A stretch of 57,837 bases of DNA from a virus (IMGVR_UViG_3300042923_000257:1-57837); one strand, 5' to 3'; shown: positions 35,993 through 45,411, counted from the first letter of the stretch. Numbers and translations are program-made. The notes: generated from the sequence alone by a model not told the origin.

Positions 35993-36349
35993 ATGTTCGA
36001 ACAGGGCGACCGTGTGAAGAGCGAGTGGACGTCGAACCTGGGCAAGGTTCTCTACGGCCCCTTCGTCCCCGCGGCTGAGCATTACAAGGGGGAGGAGTCC
36101 TACCTTGTTGAGCTGCTGGAGGGCCAGAGGAAGGGGATGACGGGTATCTGGCCTACGAAGGTCATGAGTCGTGGCCCCAAGTTCGAGCTTGGTCAGAAGG
36201 TCACGTTCACCTACAGCCCTGTAAGTGAGGTCTTCGAGGTAGCAGCCGGCCCGTTCCCGGGTGACGAGGGGCAGCCTCTCTACGTCCTCAAGGACAAGGA
36301 CGGTGTCCACGACACCTCTTGGGAGAAGCACATGGTTCCGGTTGAGTGA
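35993..36349 (+). CDS. Hypothetical protein with two SH3/KOW-like repeats
   Basis: FEQGDRV..GPF and FELGQKV..GPF. Confidence 0.7.
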   Translation: MFEQGDRVKSEWTSNLGKVLYGPFVPAAEHYKGEESYLVELLEGQRKGMTGIWPTKVMSRGPKFELGQKVTFTYSPVSEVFEVAAGPFPGDEGQPLYVLKDKDGVHDTSWEKHMVPVE

Positions 36350-36380
36350 CCTAGATCACCCCTTCACATTTGCTTCGCAA

Positions 36381-36411
36381 GTTGATTCGAGACCTACACA
36401 GGGTGCACACT
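36381..36411 (+). promoter_or_regulatory. Operator overlapping promoter -35
   Basis: GTTGATTCGAGAC; TTGATT-18-CACACT. Confidence 0.7.
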
Positions 36412-36417
36412 GGAGAC

Positions 36418-36717
36418 ATGAAGACGAACAAGCGCACGAACCCCACAGGCTTCGGAATCCAGAGAGACATCACGGATGACGGAGCGGTCCTCTACCTCAG
36501 GATCACGAACCCCCGCCGGCTGAACACCAAGTCCCTCGGAGAGGTTCTCGTCCGCTACCTTCAAGGTGGATTCGAGACACTGATTCTCGATCAGGGTCCC
36601 TTCAAGCGACAGAAGATGAAGCTCGTTGAGTTCCTTGGCCGGCTCCAGGCCAGTTTCAACGAAGGACAGCTTCTTTTTTTCGAGCGTAAGTTGAATCGAG
36701 ACCGTGTCTCGTTCTAA
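36418..36717 (+). CDS. Hypothetical protein (operator at 36690-36702 in its 3' end)
   Basis: GGAG RBS plus ATG; GTTGAATCGAGAC at 36690. Confidence 0.6.
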   Translation: MKTNKRTNPTGFGIQRDITDDGAVLYLRITNPRRLNTKSLGEVLVRYLQGGFETLILDQGPFKRQKMKLVEFLGRLQASFNEGQLLFFERKLNRDRVSF

Positions 36718-37150
36718 GACACGGCAGTGTACGAAGTGCCTGAAGAACAGGGCACTGCGGTTCTTCACTCCGCGGGGTCGGGTCTGTGCCGACTGCCGGA
36801 AGAAGTCTCGGAGCAAGGCTTCTCACGAGAACCGAGTACAGGACACATACGGGTTGCTTCCGGGGGAGTACGACAAGCTCCTTGAGGCCCAAGGCGGCGT
36901 CTGTGCTATCTGCGGAGGAAGTCGACGCGGAAATCTGGACGTTGACCACGATCACACCACTGGGGCAGTTCGGGGCCTGCTGTGTGCAGCAGACAACCGC
37001 AAGGTTCTGAAGTACGCCAGGAATGACCCGGAACGACTTCGTAGGGCTGCGGCCTACTTGGAGGATCCGCCGGCTCCACGGTTCATCGGTATTCGCATCC
37101 ACAAGGAGAACAGGGGGCTTGGTGGAGGAGACATGGAAACCGATACCTGA
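36704..37150 (+). CDS. Recombination endonuclease VII
   Basis: YGL...EY..L...QGG.CAIC, VDHDH.TG.VRGLLC...N. Confidence 0.9.
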   Translation: MSRSKTRQCTKCLKNRALRFFTPRGRVCADCRKKSRSKASHENRVQDTYGLLPGEYDKLLEAQGGVCAICGGSRRGNLDVDHDHTTGAVRGLLCAADNRKVLKYARNDPERLRRAAAYLEDPPAPRFIGIRIHKENRGLGGGDMETDT

Positions 37151-37673
37151 TTACCCCGAGTATGAGTGCTCGACTCTTGGGCGGGTCAGGTCGTGGAAGC
37201 CAATAGGTACGAACCAATCATGCGAAGGCAAGCCTCGGGAGGAACCACTTCTCCTCTCTCCAGGAAGGACCCGCGGGGACTACCTATCCGTTGGTCTATG
37301 CAAGGAGGGATCAGCCAGGAGCTTCAGGGTCAACAGACTGGTGCTTCTTACCTTCGTTGGCGAACCACCAGAGGGTATGCAGGCTTGCCACAACAACGGA
37401 AACCGGCAGGACAACCGTCTGACTAATCTCCGATGGGATACCCCGCTCAACAACACGAGGGACAAGGTTTCTCACGGAACTCAGATGTACGGTCCTGACT
37501 TCAGTCAGTCCAAGCTGACCGCGGACATCGTTCGTGAGGCGCGCCGGCTGTACGTGCCCAAGCATCCCGAGTATGGGAATAACGCCCTGGCCAAACGGTA
37601 CGGGGTTTCTGCTCCAACCATGCATAAGGCAATCCAGGGAAAGACCTGGACGACTGTGAAGGACACTGACTGA
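37122..37673 (+). CDS. NUMOD4-HNH homing endonuclease
   Basis: E.WKPIPDY..YE.S..GRVRS (NUMOD4); ACHNNG...DN...NLRW.T...N; C-terminal HTH. Confidence 0.88.
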   Translation: MEETWKPIPDYPEYECSTLGRVRSWKPIGTNQSCEGKPREEPLLLSPGRTRGDYLSVGLCKEGSARSFRVNRLVLLTFVGEPPEGMQACHNNGNRQDNRLTNLRWDTPLNNTRDKVSHGTQMYGPDFSQSKLTADIVREARRLYVPKHPEYGNNALAKRYGVSAPTMHKAIQGKTWTTVKDTD

Positions 37674-37819
37674 TGGACACCATCGTCTCGAACTACCGCG
37701 AATACATGGGCACCGCTCACTTCATGAAGCAGCTTGAACGGGAGTACTTCTTCCCTGTTGAGGTCTACAAGGAGAACGAGGATGGCACGCGCGAACTGGT
37801 CCGGATCGACCCCGCCTAA
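37673..37819 (+). CDS. Hypothetical 48-aa protein
   Basis: TGATG coupling. Confidence 0.5.
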   Translation: MDTIVSNYREYMGTAHFMKQLEREYFFPVEVYKENEDGTRELVRIDPA

Positions 37820-38207
37820 GCCTCCTATCGCTGAGGTCTTCTCGGAGTTCTACCCGGAGGTCCGCCTTTCCTACGGGCCCGGATGGAACAGCACTTGGCA
37901 GAAGATCTTGTGTCCTCTCCATGCGGAGGACAGACCTAGTGCCTCGGTGAACATTGAGGCCAACCGTTGGAAGTGTCACGCCTGTGACGTCTCCGAGGAC
38001 TCATGGGCAATCATCATGCGGGAATTGGAGGTGAGTTTCCCTGAAGCGCTCGAATGGGCAAATGGCTGGAGCGGTGGAGGCGGCGAAGCTCTACCAGAGT
38101 CAGTACCAGGGGAGCCCAGCAGAGGAGTACCTGAGCGCCCGCGGTTTGGACGAGGGCGCAAGCAAGTGGCTCCCCGGGTACGTCGGTTCGGCCAGAACGG
38201 GCCATGA
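37782..38207 (+). CDS. DNA primase zinc-binding (CHC2) part
   Basis: CPLH.ED.PSASVN....WKCHAC. Confidence 0.8.
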   Translation: MARANWSGSTPPKPPIAEVFSEFYPEVRLSYGPGWNSTWQKILCPLHAEDRPSASVNIEANRWKCHACDVSEDSWAIIMRELEVSFPEALEWANGWSGGGGEALPESVPGEPSRGVPERPRFGRGRKQVAPRVRRFGQNGP

Positions 38208-38739
38208 GAAGTATCGGGATCACCTAGTCATCCCGTACCTTCGGCCGGCTGGTGGGCCTCACAAGGTAGCTACGGTCCGGTTCCGGTGCATCCGGGACGA
38301 GTGCGTGAAGGACTCAGACGGGTCGTACTTCTTCCAGAAGGGCATGAAGGAGCAGCACCAGGGACACGGGAAGTACCAGTCCCTGCCCGGTGACCATCCG
38401 CGGCTGTTCAACACCGAGGCACTGATTGTGCCCAGTCCCCATGTGGCTATCTCTGAGGGTGAGTTCTCGGGGTGGGCTGTCGAGCTGGACGGGATCCCCT
38501 CGGTGGCTGTCCAGGGTGTGAGTGCCTGGAAGGACCACTTCGATAGAGCCTTCGCCGGCTACGAGAAGGTCTTCATCCTCGGGGATGGAGACGAGGCTGG
38601 CAGGAAGATGACGGAGAAGTTGGCGGAACGCCTTCCCAACGGAGTTCCCATCGAACTCCCTTCGGGAGAAGACCCGGACTCACTTCGTCAGAAGCACGGT
38701 GACGGAGTCATTCGACAACTGCTAGGGCTGGAGGGCTGA
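38062..38739 (+). CDS. DNA primase TOPRIM part
   Basis: EYL..RG, IPYL, ISEGE, GDGDEAG, DPDS. Confidence 0.85.
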   Translation: MAGAVEAAKLYQSQYQGSPAEEYLSARGLDEGASKWLPGYVGSARTGHEKYRDHLVIPYLRPAGGPHKVATVRFRCIRDECVKDSDGSYFFQKGMKEQHQGHGKYQSLPGDHPRLFNTEALIVPSPHVAISEGEFSGWAVELDGIPSVAVQGVSAWKDHFDRAFAGYEKVFILGDGDEAGRKMTEKLAERLPNGVPIELPSGEDPDSLRQKHGDGVIRQLLGLEG

Positions 38740-38918
38740 TGGCTGACATGGGTGGTTGGAGCCTCACTGAGGCATACGCAAAGCCGGGGACCCTCTGTCT
38801 TCAGGCAGAGGAGGTGAGGGACCTGGACATTGTCTACAACGACAATCCGCTGACCCCTTCTCAGATGCGTGCTCTTGGGGAGCACCTGATCCGTGCGGCT
38901 AACGAGATGGAGGCCTGA
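38739..38918 (+). CDS. Hypothetical 59-aa protein
   Basis: TGATG coupling at both ends. Confidence 0.55.
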   Translation: MADMGGWSLTEAYAKPGTLCLQAEEVRDLDIVYNDNPLTPSQMRALGEHLIRAANEMEA

Positions 38919-39106
38919 TGTTCGAGGCAAGTGACTACGTTGAGACTGTTACGGACGACCGGATGAATGGTCTTTTCGGTGAGGTCGTCAGGGTCGGCTT
39001 TGACGAGCATGAGGGTGATTACGCGATCCTGATTCTGGACGAGGATCGAGAGTTTGGGCTGGAGACCTACTTCCTCTTTTCTGAGCTTCGGAAGGTGGAG
39101 GCATGA
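38918..39106 (+). CDS. Hypothetical SH3-like protein
   Basis: FEASDYVE...GEVV...ELRKV. Confidence 0.65.
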   Translation: MFEASDYVETVTDDRMNGLFGEVVRVGFDEHEGDYAILILDEDREFGLETYFLFSELRKVEA

Positions 39107-39711
39107 GCAAGTTCAAGGTTGGTGACAGTGTCGTGGTTGTTCGTGACAACCATCAGGGGCAGGGAAACTACGTCGGGGAGAGGGGGACCGTTCACCGTTT
39201 CGAGGAGTCCGAAGAGTATGACGTTGCTGTGCGGCTTGGTCCTCACCGCATCCGTAACTTCGATGAAGATGAGCTGGAGTTCGAGCACGTCTACGATGCC
39301 CCCTCTTCTCCTTACGTCAAAGTTGATTCGAGACTGACTGACTCTCGGTTCATCACCAAGGACTCCGGTGAGCGGGAGACCTATGCAAGTGGCATGGTCC
39401 GGGACGCTGATGGAGCGACGAAGGACAACTTCTTCCTCCTGGTTCACAAGGGCGTTCCGTATGAGGAGCAGTTCCTTACCCGGTTTGCTCAACTCCTGAC
39501 CCGAGGTGCGGAGAAGTACTCGAAGCGGAACTTCGAGCTTGCCAACTCGCCGGCAGAGCTGGAGCGGGCTCAGGAGAGCCTCTTCCGTCATCTCATGCAG
39601 TACCTCTGCGGGGATGAGACCGAGGATCACGCAATGGCCATCTGCTTCAACGTACTTCTTGCTGAACTGACCAAGTATCGGATGAAGCAGCTTGGAGGCA
39701 CTGTTGAGTAA
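39103..39711 (+). CDS. dATP/dGTP diphosphohydrolase (DUF5664) with N-terminal SH3-like module
   Basis: KDSG.R...SG.VRD, GAEKY..RN.E, S..RHL, EDH...I.FN; operator at 39322-39334 lies in the linker. Confidence 0.75.
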   Translation: MSKFKVGDSVVVVRDNHQGQGNYVGERGTVHRFEESEEYDVAVRLGPHRIRNFDEDELEFEHVYDAPSSPYVKVDSRLTDSRFITKDSGERETYASGMVRDADGATKDNFFLLVHKGVPYEEQFLTRFAQLLTRGAEKYSKRNFELANSPAELERAQESLFRHLMQYLCGDETEDHAMAICFNVLLAELTKYRMKQLGGTVE

Positions 39712-40375
39712 GCCGGTGATCGTGGACCTCTTCTGCTGTGCCGGCGGGGCTGGAATGGGCTACCACCGTGCAGGCTTCGAGGTGATCGGGGTGGATATCG
39801 TACCCCGTCCCAACTACCCATTCGAGTTCGTCAAGATGGACGCCATTGACGTACTCAAGGATATTGTCCGGGGCTATCAGAGGTGGATGGTAGGGATCCA
39901 CGCCTCTCCTCCTTGTCAGAAGGACTGCACTCTTACCAAGGGCACAAACGCCCATCTGGCAGACAAGTACGTAGACCTCTACGACCAAACCAAGGAACTC
40001 ATGGAGGCCACCGGCCTCCCTGGGGTCATCGAGAATCCGCGGGCCCAGAAGGACATGGTCCTCTGCGGTGAGATGTTCGGTCTCGGTGTCATTCGGCATC
40101 GGAACATCGAACTCGTCAACTGGTCGGCTCCTGCACCGAAGCACAAGACGCACCGAGGACGTGTCCGCGGATACCGCCACGGTGTTTGGTACGACGGTCC
40201 TTACATTGCCGCCTACGGAAAGGGCGGAGGTAAGGGCAACGTTCAGGAGATGCAGGAGGCAATGGGCATCGACTGGACGGACGTCCACGAGGAACTGACC
40301 GAGGCCATTCCGCCGGCCTACACCGAATACATAGGCCATCAGCTCATGGCCCATCTGAAAGGAAGTGGTTCATGA
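39704..40375 (+). CDS. DNA cytosine-C5 methyltransferase-like protein
   Basis: DLFCCAGG (motif I), SPPCQ (IV), IENP (VI), RHR..E, AIPPAYT. Confidence 0.85.
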   Translation: MSKPVIVDLFCCAGGAGMGYHRAGFEVIGVDIVPRPNYPFEFVKMDAIDVLKDIVRGYQRWMVGIHASPPCQKDCTLTKGTNAHLADKYVDLYDQTKELMEATGLPGVIENPRAQKDMVLCGEMFGLGVIRHRNIELVNWSAPAPKHKTHRGRVRGYRHGVWYDGPYIAAYGKGGGKGNVQEMQEAMGIDWTDVHEELTEAIPPAYTEYIGHQLMAHLKGSGS

Positions 40376-41112
40376 AGCTGCTTACGCTAGACATCGAGAC
40401 AAGTCCGAACTTGGCCCACGTCTGGGGCCTTTGGCAGCAGAACGTTGGGCTCAACCAGCTCCTTGAGTCCGGTGAGGTCATCTGCTTCGCAGCCAAGTGG
40501 TACGACTCGGAGAAGACCCAGTTCTTCTCTACCTTCCACAACGGCAAGACGGAGATGGTTGAGGCTGCACACGACCTCCTTGACCTGGCTGACGCTGTAA
40601 TCCACTTCAACGGGGCCCGGTTCGACATCCCTCACCTCAACCGGGAGTTCGCTGAGGCTGGGATGACCCCGCCCTCTCCCTACGCTCAGATCGACCTCCT
40701 GAAGGTCGTCAAGAAGCAGTTCCGGTTCCCGAGCAACAAGCTCGACTACGTCACCAAGGCTCTGGGGCTGGACCACAAGGTCCAGAACGGTGGTCATCAG
40801 CTCTGGGTTAAGTGCATGGCCGGCGACTTCCAGTCCTGGGAGGAGATGAAGAAGTACAACGTCCAGGACGTTGTGATCACTGAGCAGCTCTACGACCGGC
40901 TGCTTCCGTGGATCTCCTCTCACCCGGCCCATGGCCTTTACCAGGAGGGTGACGGAGACACCTGCACTAACTGCGGTGGCTCGAACCTGAAGAAGCGCGG
41001 GATTGCCTACACACAGGTCTCCGCCTTCCAGCAGTACCGGTGTGACGACTGCGGGAAGTGGATCCGCGGAAACAAGCGCCTGTCCGGTATCGAGATGCGA
41101 GGGGTGAAGTGA
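40372..41112 (+). CDS. RNase H-fold 3'-5' exonuclease with Zn ribbon
   Basis: DIETSP, NG..FD.P, YN.QDV, C..CG...C..CG. Confidence 0.85.
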   Translation: MKLLTLDIETSPNLAHVWGLWQQNVGLNQLLESGEVICFAAKWYDSEKTQFFSTFHNGKTEMVEAAHDLLDLADAVIHFNGARFDIPHLNREFAEAGMTPPSPYAQIDLLKVVKKQFRFPSNKLDYVTKALGLDHKVQNGGHQLWVKCMAGDFQSWEEMKKYNVQDVVITEQLYDRLLPWISSHPAHGLYQEGDGDTCTNCGGSNLKKRGIAYTQVSAFQQYRCDDCGKWIRGNKRLSGIEMRGVK

Positions 41113-41300
41113 TGAACGAGTCCGTTTGGCTTGAGCTGAAGGTGGACTTGGATGGGCTGGTCCACAACATGGAGGAACTTGACCGGGACACCCTCTTTGA
41201 GTTTGTGAAGCGTCTCGATGAGCGGGTGTCGGAGTGGGATTTCACTGTCAAACTCCGGGACTACTTCAACGGAATTGACTACTCGGAGGTGGACGGCTGA
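41112..41300 (+). CDS. Hypothetical protein
   Basis: Coupled ORF. Confidence 0.6.
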   Translation: MNESVWLELKVDLDGLVHNMEELDRDTLFEFVKRLDERVSEWDFTVKLRDYFNGIDYSEVDG

Positions 41301-41629
41301 TGGCTACTGCGCCGAAGTTCAAGTCCCGGGTCTTCACCCGGGATGAGCTTTCAGAGATGGGGGTCCCCTACGAGTGTGACCCTGAGAACGGTTATGCCGA
41401 AGAGCTTCATGACGCGCTGTATGACACCACTCGTTGGACCAACGTCTATGAGTTCGTATTTCGGGCCCCGGACGACGGTAAGGCATACCGCGTCTATTAC
41501 GAGGTTGGCGCGAGTGACAGTCAGGACGACGTAGATCCTTGGGACTACGAGGACAAGATTCGGGCTACTGAGGTCGAGCTTGTTGAGGTAGTCACCACGG
41601 AATGGAAGCCGGTGAAGGCTGATGACTAG
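41300..41629 (+). CDS. Hypothetical acidic protein
   Basis: 109 aa, coupled. Confidence 0.7.
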   Translation: MATAPKFKSRVFTRDELSEMGVPYECDPENGYAEELHDALYDTTRWTNVYEFVFRAPDDGKAYRVYYEVGASDSQDDVDPWDYEDKIRATEVELVEVVTTEWKPVKADD

Positions 41630-41837
41630 GTATGCCGTTCCTCTCCAGACATACGCAAGTACGGTGGTTTACGTCGAGACGGACGAGACAGACCCCAACA
41701 AGATTGCTTCCCTGGCGGAAGAGCAGGTGGAGGTAGGCAGTCTCTGCCATCAGTGTGCTTCGGACGTCGACCTTGGTGACGTGTGGGAAGTAGTGGAGTA
41801 CGACGGCAAGCCCGAGGTCTACAAGGAGGATGAGTGA
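41622..41837 (+). CDS. Hypothetical protein
   Basis: 71 aa, CHQC. Confidence 0.65.
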   Translation: MTRYAVPLQTYASTVVYVETDETDPNKIASLAEEQVEVGSLCHQCASDVDLGDVWEVVEYDGKPEVYKEDE

Positions 41838-42388
41838 GCACAGAGTTTGATTGGGAACCCATCATCGAAATCGCGGGCAAGGTTGCCTTCGAGGTCGCTG
41901 AGAAGTGGTCGGTCGTTGAGGCCGATGACGTCAAGCAGGAGATCATGGTTCATCTCCTGACCGAGCGTGAGCGACTGTCCGAGCACTTCGGAGACACGGA
42001 CTTCATTCGTAAGGTCTGCTGGGTTGCCGGCAAGCGGTTCGCAGCCAAGGAGCGCAACCACTACGACCTGATGGACGATCAGTACTTCTACACCCCGGAT
42101 GAGGTTCGTATCGCTCTCCGGTCCTTCATCTACTCAGATGAGGAGATCGGTCAGGTCATTGGCAAAAAGGATGACCTGACTCAGTGCCTGATCTCGGACA
42201 ACATTGTGACTGCCCGGGTGGATGCCGCCCGCGGCCTCCAGAAGGTGTCCAAGGGCTACCAGGAGGTCATTCAGCGGGTGTTCATCTATGGGCTGCCCCC
42301 GAAGGACGCCAACGAGCGTCGGGCCTCTTACAGGGCCGTTGACGCCCTTACTCAGGCCATGAACCGACTTGTTCGGACGGGACGATGA
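41834..42388 (+). CDS. Sigma-factor-like/HTH transcription regulator
   Basis: VEADDVKQEI, Y.Y..DEVR..L, C-terminal region-4-like helices; lies upstream of RNR as in related actinophages. Confidence 0.65.
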   Translation: MSTEFDWEPIIEIAGKVAFEVAEKWSVVEADDVKQEIMVHLLTERERLSEHFGDTDFIRKVCWVAGKRFAAKERNHYDLMDDQYFYTPDEVRIALRSFIYSDEEIGQVIGKKDDLTQCLISDNIVTARVDAARGLQKVSKGYQEVIQRVFIYGLPPKDANERRASYRAVDALTQAMNRLVRTGR

Positions 42389-42609
42389 TTGAGACTCGCC
42401 TTTCCCATCTTCTTTATGGAAGTTCCTACTTTGTCCGGGTCACCTTCGGTGGTGACCTGGAAGAGGTCAACCTCCGGTTCGGTAGTGACGACTGCCCTGA
42501 TGCTGACAACGACCTGAGCCTTGATGACCTCAACACGCTGATTTACATGCTGTCCGTGGCTCGGGGTGAGCTGGAGAGCAACCAGCCGACTAACAAGGAG
42601 ACTGAATGA
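42385..42609 (+). CDS. Hypothetical protein
   Basis: ATGA overlaps at both ends. Confidence 0.6.
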   Translation: MIETRLSHLLYGSSYFVRVTFGGDLEEVNLRFGSDDCPDADNDLSLDDLNTLIYMLSVARGELESNQPTNKETE

Positions 42610-44774
42610 CGGAGTTTCGTACTGATACGGCCAGGCAGGTCTTTCTTCGCACCTACAGCCGGACGAAGCCGAACGGCGCACAGGAATCGTGGGAAGAAAC
42701 TGTGTCTCGGGTTGTCGACGGCAACCTGAAGCTCGTTGACTCCCGGTACATCGAAGAGGGTGAGCGTGAAGACCTCATGGACCTGATCGGCAGCATGAAG
42801 GTGCTGCCGGCTGGTCGTCATCTGAAGTCGAGCGGGGTCAACAACTTTGCTCTGAACAATTGTTGGGCGGCCGGCTGGGATCCGGCCCGTCCTGAGGAGC
42901 ACTTCACCTTCACCCTCCTCCGCCTGGCCGAAGGCGGGGGAGTGGGCTCGAACTACTCGGCTCGGTTCTTCGAGGACTTCCCCGCGGTGCAGGTGCCGGT
43001 GAACGTCCACATCGTCTGTGACCCGGAGCATCCTGACTATCTGGACATGGTTGAGGCTGGTCTCATCTCGACTGAGTACAGCCACGATTGGGCCGGCGCG
43101 TATGCGGTGGAGGACTCACGAGAGGGCTGGGCTGAGGCCCTCGGGGATTTGATCCGTACGGCTCATGACCCGAAGACCCGGCACACTCAGCGGGTGTACG
43201 ACGTCTCTCGTGTCCGTTGCAAGGGCAGCCCACTGAAGACCTTCGGGGGTACTGCTTCAGGCCCTGAGCCCTTCGCAGAGATGATGTGGGAGGCCGGGCA
43301 GCTCCTGACTAAGGTCTTCTATCGCGATGGAATCGTTGATCCTGTCGGTACTGAGCACATCAATGGGCTTGACGCCATGCGGATTGACCATGCCATCGCC
43401 AAGGCGATCGTTGCTGGTGGTGTCCGTCGATCTGCTCGCATGTCGATCATGCGTTGGGATGACCCACTCATCTTCGAGTTCATCAACATCAAGGCTGAGG
43501 GAGGTCACTGGACCACCAACATCTCTGTTGAGGTGGACAACGCCTTCTTTGCTGCCTTGTACGAGGAGCCTGACACTCAAGTAGTCCAGGTGTTCGTAGA
43601 CTCTGAGGGGCGCTATGTCCAGGATGACGATGGAAGTAATCCCGGCTTCCTGGGCCTTTCGCTCAGTGAGGTGCGTCGTCCCGTGGCTAAGGGCGCTAAG
43701 GCTGCTCTTCAGGCGAAGAACGTCCTTTGTGCCATCGCTGAAGGCATGCTCCGGAACGGGGAGCCTGGTGTCTGGAACTCGGCTCTCACTGCGGAAGGGG
43801 AGGTGGACGGCACCTTCACCACCAACCCGTGTGGTGAGGCAACGCTGACTCCCTGGGAGCCGTGCAACCTGGGATCGGTCAACCTCGCTGCGTTCGCTGG
43901 CCATGATGGCAGCGTGGACTCAGCCGGCATCCGAAAGGCTCACCGTCTCCTCACTCGGTACCTGATCCGGGCGACGTTTGCTGACGTCGCTGACCCCAAG
44001 TCGGCCGAGGCGATTGCTCGTTACCGTCGTATTGGTGTGGGGCACCTCGGCTTCGCTGACTACCTCTACAAGCAGGGGATCCGCTACACGGAGGCTGATG
44101 GGGTCTACCCGGGCCGTGCTCTTCGTGGCTGGGCTCAGGTCGTGGACGAGGCAGCAGCCGAGTACGCGAACGAGCTGCGTATCCCGGTTCCGATCAAGAA
44201 GCGGGTGATTGCTCCGACTGGCACCATCAGCAAGTTGGCCGGCGTCTCTGGTGAGGCGACGCATGCTCCCTTCGCTGACTACTTCATCCGCAGGATTCGG
44301 TTCTCCACCGTGGACCCGAACGAGGTTGCTCAGGTGGAGGAGTACAAGCGCAAGGGGTACCGAACGGAGCCCTGCCAGTACGCAGACAACACCGTAGTGG
44401 TGGAGATCCCGACCAAGGATGCCCTTCTTGACGAGCTGGAGTTCCCGGAGTACTTCCAGCACGCTGGGGAGCTGACCATTCGGGACATGCTGAACGTTCA
44501 GCGGGTCTATCAGAAGTACTGGGCTGACCAGGCCGTGTCTTACACGGTCAACGTCGATCCGGAGAAGTACACCGCGGAGGAACTGGCCGGCGTCCTGGCT
44601 GAGTACCTCCCGGAGCTGAAGGGGACAACCGTGTTCCCGGAGATGTCCATGCCTCAGTCTCCCTACGAGCGCATCTCCTTCGAGGAGTACAAGGCTCGGG
44701 CTGCTGAGGTCGGCATTGAGGTCACTGACACCGGCTTCGATGAGGCATGCGCTTCAGGCGCATGCCCCGTGTGA
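42606..44774 (+). CDS. nrdJ: Class II (AdoCbl-dependent) ribonucleotide reductase
   Basis: RTYSR, PAGR.L, NNC, GGVRRSA, TNPCGE, CNL, APTGTIS, C-terminal CASGACP. Confidence 0.93.
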   Translation: MTEFRTDTARQVFLRTYSRTKPNGAQESWEETVSRVVDGNLKLVDSRYIEEGEREDLMDLIGSMKVLPAGRHLKSSGVNNFALNNCWAAGWDPARPEEHFTFTLLRLAEGGGVGSNYSARFFEDFPAVQVPVNVHIVCDPEHPDYLDMVEAGLISTEYSHDWAGAYAVEDSREGWAEALGDLIRTAHDPKTRHTQRVYDVSRVRCKGSPLKTFGGTASGPEPFAEMMWEAGQLLTKVFYRDGIVDPVGTEHINGLDAMRIDHAIAKAIVAGGVRRSARMSIMRWDDPLIFEFINIKAEGGHWTTNISVEVDNAFFAALYEEPDTQVVQVFVDSEGRYVQDDDGSNPGFLGLSLSEVRRPVAKGAKAALQAKNVLCAIAEGMLRNGEPGVWNSALTAEGEVDGTFTTNPCGEATLTPWEPCNLGSVNLAAFAGHDGSVDSAGIRKAHRLLTRYLIRATFADVADPKSAEAIARYRRIGVGHLGFADYLYKQGIRYTEADGVYPGRALRGWAQVVDEAAAEYANELRIPVPIKKRVIAPTGTISKLAGVSGEATHAPFADYFIRRIRFSTVDPNEVAQVEEYKRKGYRTEPCQYADNTVVVEIPTKDALLDELEFPEYFQHAGELTIRDMLNVQRVYQKYWADQAVSYTVNVDPEKYTAEELAGVLAEYLPELKGTTVFPEMSMPQSPYERISFEEYKARAAEVGIEVTDTGFDEACASGACPV

Positions 44775-44794
44775 CCCACAGCACTGCACTCTAG

Positions 44795-44824
44795 GTTGAA
44801 TCGAGACCACATGTTCGTCATACT
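44795..44824 (+). promoter_or_regulatory. Operator overlapping promoter -35
   Basis: GTTGAATCGAGAC; TTGAAT-17-CATACT; shares GTCATACTGGAAGTAGG with the 33040 promoter. Confidence 0.8.
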
Positions 44825-44841
44825 GGAAGTAGGAGGTAAGC

Positions 44842-45366
44842 GTGACTGACTTTGACCCCACCGACCCCTGGGGACAGAAGAGCCCCTGGGATGTTGCCCA
44901 GCCTGAGCCCCAGACTGCACCGGAGGTGCCTGTGACCAACCCGTCTGCTGCTGTTGTTGCCCCTAACCCCTTCAAGATTGGCCTGACCCTCAAGGCAGGC
45001 GCCGGCTATGACGCTGAGTGGATCACCCCGACCATCTACGGCGCCTCTGCTGACGAGGTTGCTTCCCGCACGGTGGAGCTGATCAACGCCCTGAAGCAGC
45101 ACGGTGTGATTGAGCTGACCGCTAAGGCCGCGGAGTTCACTCGGGGCCAGGCTGGTGCAGGCAAGCCGGCCGCCCCCGCGGCCAAGCCGACCTTCCAGAA
45201 TGGCCAGGTGCAGTACGGCAACCAGCCGGCTGCCTCGTCCGGTAGCTCGGACCGACCGGACAACGTCCCGGCCCACTTCACCTACAAGGAGGGGACCAAG
45301 AATGGGAAGACCTGGAAGGGTTGGTTCCCGCCCCGAGGTTCCAGTGAGGCCCCGATCTGGGTCTAA
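44842..45366 (+). CDS. Conserved actinophage protein (possible ssDNA-binding role)
   Basis: GGAGG RBS; TLK.G.GYDA.W; C-terminal YKEG...GK.WKGWF.P. Confidence 0.65.
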   Translation: MTDFDPTDPWGQKSPWDVAQPEPQTAPEVPVTNPSAAVVAPNPFKIGLTLKAGAGYDAEWITPTIYGASADEVASRTVELINALKQHGVIELTAKAAEFTRGQAGAGKPAAPAAKPTFQNGQVQYGNQPAASSGSSDRPDNVPAHFTYKEGTKNGKTWKGWFPPRGSSEAPIWV

Positions 45367-45381
45367 TTTCTTGCTCAGATA

Positions 45382-45411
45382 GTTGATTCGAGACTGGAAC
45401 TCCTCTAGTCT
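45382..45411 (+). promoter_or_regulatory. Operator overlapping promoter -35
   Basis: GTTGATTCGAGAC; TTGATT-17-TAGTCT. Confidence 0.75.

Noticed and set aside
39103-39711. Z-genome (2-aminoadenine) or 7-deazaguanine modification system
   Set aside because: DUF5664 alone is insufficient; no PurZ, DatZ, DpdA or Que-like genes were recognised.
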